This document shows, one piece after another, positions 36,069 through 49,274 of a stretch of DNA of 64,000 bases. The stretch spans positions 62,001 through 126,000 of the forward strand of contig JAPEUD010000052.1 of the NCBI GenBank assembly GCA_026026165.1, written 5' to 3'. Position 1 is the stretch's first letter, and each line of letters opens with the position of its first letter. The notes below the pieces were generated by a model that was given only the letters and a program-made list of their open reading frames with translations, did no database searches and was not told where the DNA came from. Position numbers and translations under genes: made by a program. Source of the stretch: Sarea resinae (taxonomy: Eukaryota).

Positions 36069-39000
36069 ATGGGGAGCTTTGGCGTGAGCATCAGTGAACA
36101 AATCATCGAGGAAGAGCAACCTGCCAGTGTCTACGAGTACGAAAACACCCCAGAGAACCGGTCGTGGGCCGGTGCTTTGCCGTTGAAACAAGGTCTTTAC
36201 GACCCCGAACTCGAAAAGGATGCCTGTGGTGTTGGCTTCGCTGCGTGAGTGCTACTCGATTGCGGCATTGGAACGGTGAGATTGCTGACCAGAGGACAGC
36301 CATATAAAGGGGAAGGCGAGCCATAAGATCATTAGCGATGGTATGTATCTCGTTTTGAGAGATGAATGAGGTGCTCACGCTGACGTGCATTCTTTTCCAG
36401 CACGAAATCTACTATGTAACATGACCCACCGCGGGGCGGTTGGGTCTGATGCTCGAGATGGAGATGGAGCAGGTGTGATGACATCTATACCCCACAAATT
36501 CTTCATCAAGAACTTTGAGCGGGAGACTGGATGGAAGCTCCCTCCGATGGGCCAATATGCAGCAGGAAATCTTTTCTTCAAACCAGACACAGAGCTTCTC
36601 AAGGAGTCGACCCAGACATTTGAAGAGATTGCAAACTCGCTCGACCTGCGTGTGCTGGGCTGGCGTGAAGTCCCGAGAGACTCCGCTCTTCTAGGGCCTG
36701 CGGCTCTGTCGCGCGAACCAATAATTCTCCAACCATTTGTCGTCCTGAGATCGGCATATGGAGAAGGGAATGGGCCGGAGATTACTGATCCAGAGCAATT
36801 CGATGACAAGTACTTCGAGCGTCAACTCTATGTGCTTCGCAAACGGGCCACTCACACGATTGGTTTACACAATTGGTTCTACCTGTGTTCGCTGAGCAAC
36901 AAGAACATTGTTTATAAAGGGCAACTGGCTCCGGTTCAGGTCTACCAGTATTTCCATGATTTGGTTTCCGTTGACTATGAGGGCCACTTTGCTCTGGTCC
37001 ACTCCCGATTCTCTACCAACACTTTCCCCAGCTGGGATCGCGCTCAGCCGCTTCGATGGGCCGCTCACAATGGTAAGCGTTATCTTGTCTGGTCTTAATA
37101 TAACTCAACTAATCATATCACAGGGGAGATCAATACACTTCGTGGCAACAAAAACTGGATGCGTGCTCGTGAAGGCGTCCTTCGGTCGGACCTTTTCGGT
37201 GACGATCTCGACTCGTTGTACCCAATCATTGAAGATGGCGGCTCGGACTCCGCTGCGTTTGACAATGTACTCGAGTTGCTGGTCATCAATGGTGTTCTCT
37301 CGCTGCCCGAGGCCGTGATGCTCATGGTTCCGGAATCGTGGCAGGGTAATGCCAGCATGGATCCCTCAAAAGCCGCTTTCTACGAGTGGGCCGCTTGTAA
37401 CATGGAGCCTTGGGATGGACCAGCTCTCTTCACTTTCGCGGATGGTCGCTACTGTGGTGCCAACCTTGACCGAAATGGCCTTCGACCGTGCAGATACTAC
37501 GTGACTGATGATGATCGGATTATCTGCGCCTCAGAGGTCGGCACGATCTTGATCGATCCGGAGCGTGTTATCCAAAAGGGACGATTGCAGCCAGGGAAGA
37601 TGCTCTTGGTCGATACAGTCGCGGGTCGTATAGTAGATGATTCGGAGCTGAAGCAGACCGTGTCCAGCCGACACGACTTCAGGGGTTGGCTGCAGAAAGA
37701 GCTCTTATCGCTTCCTAATATTTACGAACAGCTGAAGGAGGAGGGCGCAAGTCTGTCCTACAAATTAGACACGGTTCACATCCAAGAAGATCACCGGTTG
37801 AAAGCCTTTGGCTATTCATTTGAGCAAGTCAGTCTGATCCTTGGTCCTATGGCTGCCGATTCAAAAGAGGCTCTAGGCTCTATGGGCAATGACGCTCCGT
37901 TGGCATGTCTTGCTCAGCAACCTCGGTCGCTCTATGAGTATTTCCGGCAGTTGTTTGCACAGGTCACAAACCCGCCTATTGACCCAATCCGCGAGGCAAT
38001 CGTCATGTCCCTTGAATGCTACGTAGGCCCTCAGGGCAACCTCCTCGAGATGGATTCTTCTCAGTGTCGACGCCTGTTGTTGCCATCTCCAGTACTTTCA
38101 CTTGAGGAATTCAACGCTCTCAAGAACATCTCGTCTGTGCATGGGGATTGGACGGTAAAGACCATTGACATAACCTTCCCCAAGTCGGAGGGCATTCAAG
38201 GATATCTCGATGCATTGGACAGAATATGCGAGGCGACAACAGAGAGCGTCTTGGCCAACGACCAAATTATAGTTCTGTCCGACCGCGCCACATCAGCAGA
38301 CAGAGTTCCAATTTCCGCCCTCTTGGCTACCGGTCTTGTCCATCATCATCTAGTCCGCAACAAGTGGCGATCCCAGGTCGCCCTTGCCGTCGAGACAGCC
38401 GATGCTAGGGAAGTCCATCACATGTGTGTCCTCGTTGGATATGGCGCCGATGCGATTTGCCCATACCTAGCAATGGAATGCATTCTCAAGATGAACCACG
38501 AGGGGCTTATCCGAAAGAAGCTCACCGACGAGCAGATCGTGAATAACTACAAGTACTCTTGCGATGGTGGCATTCTTAAAGTCATGAGCAAGATGGGAAT
38601 TTCTACGCTCCAGAGCTACAAGGGTGCTCAGATTTTTGAAGCTTTAGGCATTGACGACTCAGTGGTCGATAGGTGTTTCACCGGCACAGCCACCCGTATC
38701 AAGGGTTTGACGTTTGAGCTCATCGCTCAAGATGCATTTGCCATTCACGAGAGGGGGTTCCCCTCGCGGCATATCATTGAGATCCCAGGTCTGGCTGAAA
38801 CTGGAGAATATCACTGGCGGGATGGCGGCGAGGCCCACGTCAATGATCCTGTTGCGATTGCCAATATTCAAGATGCCGTGAGGACGAAGAACGATAAGTC
38901 TTACGAAGCATACTCGTTGGCTGAGTATGAACAAATTAAGAACTGCACCTTGCGCGGCATGCTTGATTTCAACTTCGAGGAGGCCATCCCCGTCCCTATC

Positions 39001-42000
39001 GACCAAGTCGAGCCATGGACCGAGATTGTTCGGCGCTTTGTTACCGGCGCCATGTCATACGGCTCCATCTCGATGGAATCGCACTCTACTTTGGCTGTGG
39101 CCATGAATCGATTGGGCGGCAAGTCTAATACTGGTGAGGGGGGTGAAGATCCGGAGAGAAGTCTTCGAATGGAGAGTGGAGATACCATGCGTTCCGCCAT
39201 CAAACAGATCGCCTCCGGACGCTTTGGAGTTACCTCTAATTACCTCGCCGATTCGGACGAACTGCAAATCAAGATGGCTCAAGGTGCCAAGCCTGGTGAA
39301 GGTGGTGAGCTGCCTGGCCACAAGGTTTCTGGTCCCATCGCTCGCACCAGACACTCCACTCCGGGAGTGGGGCTGATTTCCCCTCCTCCACATCACGACA
39401 TCTACTCCATTGAAGACTTGAAGCAGCTCATCTACGACCTGAAGTGCTCAAACCCTCGATCACGTGTTTCGGTTAAACTTGTATCCGAGACCGGTGTTGG
39501 GATCGTCGCTTCTGGAGTAGCTAAAGCGAAGGCTGATCATATATTGATATCCGGCCATGACGGCGGTACTGGTGCCTCCAGATGGACTGGTATCAAGTAC
39601 GCCGGTCTTCCATGGGAGCTTGGCCTTGCAGAAACACACCAGACATTAGTCCTTAATGACCTTCGTGGGCGTGTTATCGTCCAAACTGACGGCCAACTCC
39701 GTACTGGTCGCGATGTCGCTATTGCCTGCCTGCTGGGCGCCGAAGAATGGGGCTTTGCTACAGCGCCTCTCATTGCCATGGGCTGTATAATTATGAGAAA
39801 GTGCCACCTCAATACCTGTCCAGTAGGCATTGCTACGCAGGATCCTGAGCTTCGCAAGAAGTTCGACGGTACGCCGGAACACGTTATCAATTTCTTTTAC
39901 TACGTCGCCAACGAATTGCGAGCAATCATGGCCAAGCTCGGCTTCCGCACCGTCAACGAGATGGTGGGTCACTGCGAGGCTCTCCGCGTCCGCGAAGATC
40001 TGAGATCCGAGAAGACCGAGAATATCGACTTGTCTCTCATCCTCACTCCGGCTCACTCTCTCCGTCCGGGTGTTGCCACCTACAACGTCCGGAAGCAAGA
40101 TCACCGTCTTCACGTGCGACTTGACAACAAGCTCATTGCAGAGTCTGAATTGGCCTTGGAAAAAGGATTGCCCACAAGGATCGAGTGCGATATCGTCAAT
40201 ACAGACCGTGCTCTGGGTGCGTCTCTGTCGTATCAGATCAGCCGAAGGTACGGCGAGGCAGGTTTGCCCCAGGATACTATCCACGCAAACATTCGGGGCT
40301 CTGCTGGCCAATCGTTCGGTGCCTTCCTTGCCCCTGGTGTAACTCTCGAACTGGAAGGCGATTCAAACGATTATGTTGGGAAGGGCCTCTCAGGAGGCCG
40401 CCTTATCATCTATCCTCCTCGGGCCGCCGTCTTCAAAGCAGAAGAGAATGTCCTTGTTGGCAATGTCTGCCTTTACGGTGCGACGAGTGGAACTTGCTTC
40501 TTCCGGGGGATGGCCGCAGAGCGTTTCGCGGTTCGCAACTCTGGTGCAACTGCCGTCGTTGAGGGTATTGGTGACCACGGATGCGAGTATATGACAGGAG
40601 GCCGTGTGCTTGTTCTTGGTGGTACCGGACGAAACTTCGCCGCTGGTATGTCTGGCGGTATTGCTTACGTTCTCGATATGAATCAAGACTTCACCAGCAA
40701 AGTCAACACGGAAATGGTGGAGATCTCTGGCATCGATGACCCAACCGAAATTGCCTTCGTTCGCGGCCTTATCGAAGACCACCATCACTACACCGGCTCT
40801 GAGCTCGCCGCTCGTATCTTGATCGACTTCAACCGTGCACTACCACGCTTCGTCAAGGTCCTACCGACTGATTATAAGCGTGTCATGGCTGAGGAAGCTG
40901 CAAAAGCCGAGGCTGCCAAGAAGGCGGAATATCCGCTTCCGATTTTGCCAGGCAACCCGGTACGCAAAGCCCACGAGGAGTCGAAGAAACACGAACATGA
41001 GCGTGAAGCCAGTCAAAAGAAGAAAGATCTTCTTGATATTGAGGAAAGCGTTGGCGACGCAAAAGCAGAGAAGAAACGCTCAGCTCTTGTGCTCGACAAG
41101 ACCAAAGGTTTCATGAAATACCAGCGACGAAGCGAGAAATACCGTAATCCGAAGACGAGAACGCGTGATTGGCAAGAGCTCTCGTCTCGATTGAATGAAG
41201 ACGAGCTCAAGTATCAATCGGCTCGTTGCATGGACTGTGGTGTCCCATTCTGCCAGTCTGATACAGGGTGTCCCATTTCAAACATCATTCCCAAATGGAA
41301 TGAGCTGGTCTTCCAAAACCAATGGAGGGATGCTCTTAATAGGCTATTGATGACGAACAACTTCCCTGAGTTCACTGGTCGTGTCTGTCCGGCTCCGTGC
41401 GAGGGTGCTTGTGTCCTCGGCATCAACGAGGATCCTGTTGGCATCAAGTCTATTGAATGTGCCATCATTGATCGAGGCTTCGAGATGGGCTGGATGATTC
41501 CGCAAACACCCGAAGAGCGCACGGGGCAGAAGATTGCCATCATCGGATCGGGCCCAGCCGGTCTCGCCGCGGCAGATCAACTCAACAAAGCCGGCCATCT
41601 TGTGACCGTCTACGAACGTGCTGACCGCCTTGGTGGTCTTCTCATGTACGGCATTCCAAACATGAAGCTTGATAAAAATGTCGTCCAACGTCGTGTCGAC
41701 TTCATGGCTCAGGAGGGTATCAAGTTCATCACAGGTGTAGGTGTCGGCGAAGGAGATGTTACGCTCGACTCATTGCGCGAGGAATACAATGCAGTAGTCA
41801 TCGCTACTGGCTCTACTGTTGCCAGGGATTTGCCAATCCCAAACCGCAATTTGGAAGGCATTCACTTTGCTATGCAGTTCCTGCACCGCAACACCAAGTC
41901 TTTGCTGGATTCTGGCTTAGCGGACGGTGAATATATCTCTGCCAAAGACAAGCATGTCGTTGTCATTGGTGGCGGAGACACAGGAAACGACTGCATTGGC

Positions 42001-42730
42001 ACAGCTGTTCGCCACGGCGCAAAATCCGTCACCAACTTTGAACTTCTCCCTCAACCTCCTAACGAACGGGCTCGCGACAACCCATGGCCCCAGTGGCCTC
42101 GGATCTACCGTGTCGATTACGGTCATAGCGAAGTCAAGACTCACATGGGCAAAGATCCTCGTGAATTCTGCGTCATGTCCAAGGACTTCGTAGACGATGG
42201 GAAGGGCAATGTCAAGGGTATCAACACTATCCGTGTTGAATGGACCAAGAGTGCCTCTGGCGGTTGGGACATGAAGCAAGTCGAGGGAAGCGAGCAATTC
42301 TTCCCGGCCGACATTGTACTTCTTTCGATGGGTTTCTTGGGCCCTGAGGACCGTGTCCTTGGTGACGAGATCGAAAAGGATCCACGCAAGAATATCAAGA
42401 CCCCGCCTGGCCAATACAAAACTTCCCTTCCTGGGGTCTTTGCGGCAGGTGATTGCCGTCGTGGTCAATCCCTCATCGTCTGGTAAGGCATTTCTCGTTT
42501 CGATCTTATTGACTCAATGCTAACAACGTCGTAGGGGCATTAATGAAGGCCGCCAGGCAGCTCGTGAAGTTGATACTTACCTTATGGGTGTGGGCTCTCA
42601 GCTCCCGACCACTGGAGGCATTATTCGACGTCCAGCACACGATGCCCTTCCCAACGTCCATCATCAACCCGTGGAAATCCTCGGCCGGGCCGAACGCGCT
42701 CCTCTCCAGGCAATCGGTGCGGCAAGCTGA
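36069..42730 (+). CDS. GLT1: NADH-dependent glutamate synthase (GOGAT), fused alpha/beta polypeptide (5 exons)
   Basis: Propeptide then CGVGF (Ntn Cys), HRGAVGSDARDGDGAG, HSRFSTNTFPSWDRAQP, KMAQGAKPGEGGELPGHKV, 3Fe-4S CIIMRKCHLNTCPVG, beta-subunit RCMDCGVPFC and IGGGDTGNDC. Confidence 0.99.
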
Positions 42731-43412
42731 ATCTCGTCACCCAAAATTCTCTATTCTGTCCGGCGCCATGGAATGATGTACAGCGGCCTGTCCGTGACAG
42801 GCCGATGAAGTTAAGAAAATTGAATGCAGCGTTTGTTTTGACGAAAATCTAAAAGCGGCACATTCACGTCTTTTCCAACCGTTTGAAACTCCGGGGATAT
42901 GGTAGTCTTTTGCATATACCTTTTTTCTCGGCGACGTGTACGCTGAATGCTCTCTATTTGCTTAGTTTGTCTGTTCAACAACTACTGTTCTTGTACATGA
43001 GAGTATGGCTAGATCAATTAGTATTAGGTTCAACAATCAATTTTAGTATTCAATAGTGCTTTACGAAGACTGGATCCAGCTTTTTCAAGGTCTAGTGTGA
43101 AGAATCATTTGATATGCTTAAATGTAAATAAGCTCAGGGGTTAACGTGAGGATATCTTGGGAAGATGATGACTAAGCTGAGATAAGATTGCACAGTCCGG
43201 CGCTAAGATCGCCACTGTTTACATCGATGCGTGCACGCAATTCATCCACCGAGCCACCCTTTGACTACGAATCGAGTCGTATATACGCCGTAACTCTCGA
43301 GTGCGCGCCTTCTTGATATGATACTCGCCATTGAATTTCCAGGATCCTCACTGAGGTTAAAGACCAGAGGGAAGACACAAATGACCGAGTAATCCGATCG
43401 ATCTCGTCTATC

Positions 43413-44665
43413 ATGCTCTCATCAATGCCCCTCATCACGCCGCGGGATGTAAGTGCAACGGGGAATGCAACATCTTCCTCTATCGCTGACTTCTGGATAA
43501 CTACTAACCTACAAATCAGGCCCACACTCTCTGGTACACCCCAACGCACCATCACCCTTCACCCTCGCTCCTCGACCCACCATCGCCCACCGGAACAACA
43601 GCCACCCCAAATCCCCTCAACCCCCTCGCCTTTCAACAACAGCAGCAACAACAACAGTCCTCGCGCCGCAACCCAAACGCCCGAGGTGGCCCCACTCCCC
43701 TCTCCCTTCTCCTTGCAGACGAGGCTGCCCTTGCTCACCGCAAGCAGAATGTCCGCCGCTTTGGCGCTTCCTGGATCCGGCCGCCGGGGGTCCCGAAAAC
43801 ATATCAAGCAATGATGGACGAGGCGGCCGAGCGAGAAGAGCAGGAACTTGTTGCGGCCCGCGAAGCCGCGGCCGCAGAGCATGCAGCACTCAGCATGGGA
43901 CTAGGTGGCGAAGCGGAAGGAGATGAGATGGAAGAGGCAGAAGGCGATGGAGAGAGAGACTTGGACGATGATGTCCCGGATGCTGATAATTTGGATGCGG
44001 CCATGGAGTCGGGCTTCGATGAAGACAGCGAAGAAGAGGACGAAAGCCACATGTTTGACGATGACGAGGGAGACGACGGTGATCTCGACGATACCAGTCC
44101 AGCCACTAGACATCGCTTCCACGACGGAGACGCGCGAAACGCGCTCGCTCACGCTCGTGCCCAAGCCCGTGCTCGCGTGCAGGCCCAGACCCAGGGCCCC
44201 GGCCAAGGCGCCTACCTGGCTTCGGATGCAGACGACATCGGCGACGAGGGTCTGGCCCAAGATGACGATGCCGACGATAACGAAATGGCCGAGCACGATC
44301 TGGACGACGACGTCCCGGAAGCTGGCAGCTACCAGCATACGGACACGGAAGTTGAAGATCTTTCCACCACTTCAGACGACAACATCGACGATGATGATGA
44401 CGACGATGAGCGCGATGCCGTCTTTGGCGTCTCCTCGGGTGGCGGCAGGGAGGGCGTGCGTTTCAGCCTGGGAAACGGTCCCGGGCTACCGCGGACCGAC
44501 ACCAGCAGTTTGGTGTTTAGCAGTAGCTCTATCACGGGGCACGGCGGCGGCGGGGTGGGGACAAGCAGTAGCCCTGAGAGCGTGAGGGCGACTACGACGA
44601 CACGTACGCCGCGGAGGGGCGGGATGGGCGGGTTTTTCGGAAGGCTGAGGAGGGGTGAGAATTAG
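43413..44665 (+). CDS. APC15: Anaphase-promoting complex subunit Apc15/Mnd2-like (intron 43449-43519)
   Basis: MLSSMPLITPRD|AHTLWY...LADEAALAHRKQNVRRFGASWIRPPGVPKTYQAMMDE...RDLDDDVPDA...GSYQHTDTEVE. Confidence 0.85.
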
Positions 44666-44939
44666 GTTTTTGGGAGACATTTTATTTTTGTGCTTGCTTG
44701 CTTCGTCTTTGTTGCCGAGCTCTTCAACGGGTCTGTGGGAAAGCATCAGGCTCGCGCATGGGCTTACAAAACGTAAAAGAGAAGGCGTTTCTATGCATTT
44801 CCCCTTTCTTGGCCCCTTTTCTCGTGGCGTTCAGAGAAGGCATAGCTTGTCTTATAGCATATGGGATATGGACATTATTCTTGCCCTTTTTCTTCTTCAG
44901 GATATACTTCTTGTCTCAGGAATCCATCCATTCGTCACG

Positions 44940-45255
44940 CGCGGCGAGCCTCGCAGTGACCCACCATCTCGTTGACAGTGCAGAAGCCAAGGTTGGCCAT
45001 GATGGCTCGCAATTCATTGGCGACGTAGGAAAAGGAATTGATAAACGTGTTCCAGAACACCGTCGAACTTCTTGAGAAGCTCGGGATTCTGTGTAGCGAT
45101 GCCTACTGGGCAGGTATTAAATGGCGCTTCCACATCATTAGACAGCCTATGGCGATAAGAGGCGCTGTACTAAAGCCCTGTTCTTTAGCGCCTAATAGGC
45201 AGATTATAGCGACATTGCGACTCGTACGGAGTTGGCTATTAGTTTAGACAATAAC
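44940..45255 (-). pseudogene. Inverted, degenerate copy of a GLT1 coding segment (GLT1 about 39673-39988)
   Basis: The reverse complement aligns to GLT1 over about 315 nt, including a 31-nt exact match (44946-44976 vs 39952-39982). It contains indels and stops. Confidence 0.93.
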
Positions 45256-45270
45256 TTACCTTATATATCG

Positions 45271-45319
45271 TTATACAGCCCATGGCGATGAGAGGCGCTG
45301 TTGCAAAACCCTGTTCTTC
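45271..45319 (-). pseudogene. Second short inverted GLT1 sub-fragment (GLT1 about 39742-39790)
   Basis: TTATACAGCCCATGGCGATGAGAGGCGCTGTTGCAAAACCCTGTTCTTC is a near reverse complement of GLT1 GAAGAATGGGGCTTTGCTACAGCGCCTCTCATTGCCATGGGCTGTATAA. Confidence 0.88.
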
Positions 45320-45719
45320 CTCGTTCTCCCGTCTTCTCTGCCTGAGTTTCTTCTCGTCTCAATTGACTTGGCTTGGCTCCCTACCCTCCCTATGCTTAGC
45401 ATTTGGCCTACCTACTACCTACGTGACTCATGCGGGGTCTTCTTCTCATGTCCCCTTTCCTCCCCGGTTTTTCGTACACACTCTACACAATCCACAAACT
45501 CTACCTTACCGATTCTCTCACTCCTCCCCCCCTTCCCCACTTCCGTTCCTACCACCAGCGACCTGTCCTAGGAGAACGTGATCAGAACCGTACATGAGAT
45601 CTATCTAGTGTTGTATCATCGGATCGGGTTCCAGGAGGTTCGTTGATAAGACGGGTTTATACGAGAGGCAGGAGGGACTAGGAATTGGAGAGGTGGAAGC
45701 GAGGGCATGAAAGAGGGGA

Positions 45720-46860
45720 GTAGATCGATGGTAGAAGAATGGCGATAGAAGGTGGTAGAAGACGGGTGGTAGAAGGGTAGAAGGGAGTCGACGAATGGGT
45801 GGTAGAAGATGGTAGAAGAAGAGGTTAAGAGGTAGAAGACGGTAGCTAGGAAGAAGGTAGACCGGTAGAACGGTAGAAGCGTAGAACGATAGAAGGGCGG
45901 TAGACTATGGTAGAAGAAGAGGTGTGGATGAGCTTGAGCTTGAGCTTGAGCTTGAAGGATCTGAAGGAGTTGAAGGGGGAGCGAGGAGAAAAGGGAGAGG
46001 GGGGTGATAGGACAGGGGCAGAGAGAGTAAGAAGGCAAGAATAAAGACCGAAGACGGACTGATATATTATACTACTTCCTATATATCATAAACCATATCT
46101 ACTTCTATAACTCCTTACTTAATTACGTATCTACCTACCTACTCAAAGGCTCTCACACACGCTCGCCTCGAAATTCTCCGGGTCAATTCAATGATGAGTA
46201 GATAGATAATTAGAAACTTAGATCAAGTAATCAACTCTTACCCAAACAACCAACTAATCAACCAGCCTCTCTCGACTACTAAGCAGTAGACTTCTTTGAC
46301 CTTGTCTCACACTGGCACTGATATATCATATCTTGCATTGCATTACCCCACCCTATCCAACCTCACCTCACCTCACTACCCTCCCCACCCTATCAGCCCT
46401 ACCAGCCTTAGCCCCAGCCTTACCCTTGGGCTCAAAAAACAAAACAAAACAAAACTCCTCGGGTAAAATGAAGTCAGGCAGGCTGTTTAACAGTACCACA
46501 CTCTCCGTTCCTTTCCTTTCCTTTTCCTTCCCTGCAGTACGACGTCCATTTTCTTATCTCGGTACAAGTGTATATAACAAGACGTTGGGTATTAAGCTCT
46601 TCGGGTATTATCATTATCATTATCTAGGTAATCTACCTCTGAGATCGTATCTGGAGCTCACTGTTCCTGGTCTTCGACGTTTGTTCTGGTGGATCTGGCT
46701 GCTGTGTATGTACTCAAGCCCAAGCCCAAGCCCAAGCCTAAGCCTAGGCTCGAGGGTGGGGCACCAGGCGGTGTTATATATCGCGGCATAGCACGAGCTG
46801 TTTCGTTATGATCCACGGCGTCTGATCCAAGGCGTCTGATCCAAGGCGTCTGATCGTGCC
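45720..46860. repeat. Low-complexity zone: degenerate GGTAGAAG array, (TGAGCT)4, (CAAAA)n, (CCAAGC)n and a 14-bp tandem (GGCGTCTGATCCAA) about 3 times
   Basis: Read directly from the sequence. Confidence 0.85.
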
Positions 46861-47543
46861 ATTCGTAGGTACATCTGTCAATTTCGAACTTTCTCGACTC
46901 GGCCGCGCTTTCTCGGACGAGATGGTGACTGAGGTCGCGGGCATTGGCCTGCGCACCACTGGACTGGAATCGATGAACCGGTCAAGGGAGAAAGGGGAAG
47001 ATGGTGAAGAGCAGACGGCCGGTGGGGACGCCCGGCAATCAAGGCGCCGTGCTTGGGGGAACAAGGGGGGAGAAAGTTTGTGGATCCAGAGTATAAATCA
47101 GACGGAGAGACGTGGTGCGTGAGGGAGGCCCGTGGTGCGGCGCTGGTAAGGGTAGCTGGGTTTCGTGCGTTGTGGTGCGAGGTCTGGCAGGTGATTGAAG
47201 TGGACTATGTGTTGGCGGTCAAAGAGGCCGTTGGATCGAGAGGGTCGGTGGGATTCGAGAGGGTTGCTTGAAACAAAACGCGCCGTCGCGCCGATCCGGT
47301 AGGACGCCTCTCCTGAACTGGCGCGTCGTTCGTCGTTCGTATTGCGCGTGCCGGCTTGGGAACTTCTCGAAAAGCCTGGCCGACCTTCTCCCCTTTCAAC
47401 CCCAGAGCTGCTGTGTCTTTTGTTCCCCCATCTTATCATCCCTCCCATATCACTTTCCATCATTCGAGACCTGTTCGCACCCGTTTCGCATCCCCTGCCA
47501 TCACTAAATATCAAACATCCCTGTTCATCCATCCATCCATCCC

Positions 47544-48460
47544 TCAAAACAGCCACACCCACCAGAAGAGCAAGATGACAGCGGCGAAAAACGCGACCCA
47601 GGCCTTCCAGCCGACACCCGATCGCTCTGCCATCCTCAGCATCCGGTTCATGGTCCCACGAAGCCGGACGCGTGTGTTGTCAAAGGAGTCATTCATTTTT
47701 TCCGCGAGGGCCGAGGAGTCGCGGATTTCATCGCCGATGGCTACTGTGATCTGAGATTGTTAGGACTGTGTGGGGTATGAAGGAAGTGAATACTCAGAGC
47801 GCAAAGGACGAGGGACAAACATCTTTGAGCATCTTGACTTTGGCACTCATTCCTTCGAGATGTTCATCGTTTTGGCTTTCGAGCTCGGAGAGGACGGCAT
47901 CGCTGTATTGGCCCCTGTGTGACACGAGATGTTAGCGCATTCATAGTCCCTGTTCATCGTTCTTTATGCGTGCCCTGAACCACTGTTTCCACAGTTGCCT
48001 CTCCTCACAGAGTATCACACTTCGGCCCCGCCAGATTCACACGGACATCAAGAATAGGATCGACAAACCTCTTATTCGGCGTCGCAGGCCTGAATCCTGC
48101 ACTCGAGCTCCCATTCCCCGGCGCCAAGTTCGCGCCGCCGTTACTCGTAAAATCCGACCCGAGTCCGTAACCGCGCGGGTTGGGCGAATGACTACCAGCT
48201 CTGATGCCGGAGCCCGAACCCGAGGAGCGGCTGCGGTCGCCAGCGTAGTTGTCGAAGAGCGCGGAGCGCGGATCTCGTTGGTGCAGGGCCGAGGGCCCGA
48301 ATCTGCTGTTGGGGTGGGCTGGTCAGCAACTTGGATGATGGATATGTGTGTTGTTATAGAATGCCATGTTGTTATGTTTGAGGGTGCGCGCGGGGAGCGC
48401 GGAACGGAGTAGACGATCAAAGCACGAGCAGAACTATATTATTACGTACCTTGATGCCAT
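47544..48460 (-). CDS. BET1: Qc-SNARE Bet1/Sft1-like (4 exons)
   Basis: Manual splicing gives MASR|FGPSALHQRDPRSALFD...FRPATPNKR|GQYSDAVLSELESQNDEHLEGMSAKVKMLKD|ITVAIGDEIRDSS...LRGTMNRMLRMAERSGVGWKAWVAFFAAVILLFWWVWLF* (SNARE motif plus C-terminal TM helix). Confidence 0.9.
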
Positions 48461-49274
48461 AATGTTCAGCGGATGTTGTGATGGAAGTAATGGAATTCGA
48501 TAGAGGCGATGGATTGGATGGAGATGGTGCTTAATTAGGGGTTCGAGGTGTTGAGCTTTCACCATTTGATGGGGTGGGCGACATATTAGACAGTACCACA
48601 TGTCTACTTAGGATAGACGCAGTGTGTACCGGTAATCGCTGGTATCTACGAGTACTCGCTATCAGCTCTGCGCAATATTGATCTCGCGACTATCATTTCG
48701 CTTGTATTTGCGATTGATCGGCGGTTTAGCCTGGAAGAAAGGGGCCAAGGCCATGGGCGATTTCTACTCGAGCTGTTGTGAATGATGTATTACGGATTGA
48801 AATGAAGGTGTCAAGCCGACGGGACTCGGTGGCAATTGGCACAAGGGACCCGGACATCAGGGAAAACAATCAAAGACTGACTGGCCGCTTCAAACATCAC
48901 GGTTGCTTCACAACTCCGGCCTCCCCACATTGCACAAGTGTAGCTTCGCCTTCTTCACACGTCCAATACAAGATGGGTTACCGATAGAGTCTTGATACCA
49001 TTGCCTGGCTAAAATACAGACCACCATCCCTTTGTGCGCGCATCGAGAGATGCTGATATCCGAAACCGAATGCGCCTGACAAGAAAAGCCGACATCTCCC
49101 TCGCAGATGCGGATTGCTAACTTTTTTCATGGAAAAACGCGGGTAATTGACCTCAGGCGTAGATGATAAAATCCTCCATTAGTCGTAGATGAAGGGATGT
49201 GCGTGCGAAAGAGGAGTCGTGACGATGTAGGCAAGTCCCGTTCCCTTCATTCTCCATCTCAGCGGCAACCCCAT

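Noticed and set aside
45720..45920. CRISPR-like or telomeric array
   Set aside because: Units are short, irregular and degenerate with no fixed repeat-spacer period and no TTAGGG runs; the context is eukaryotic.
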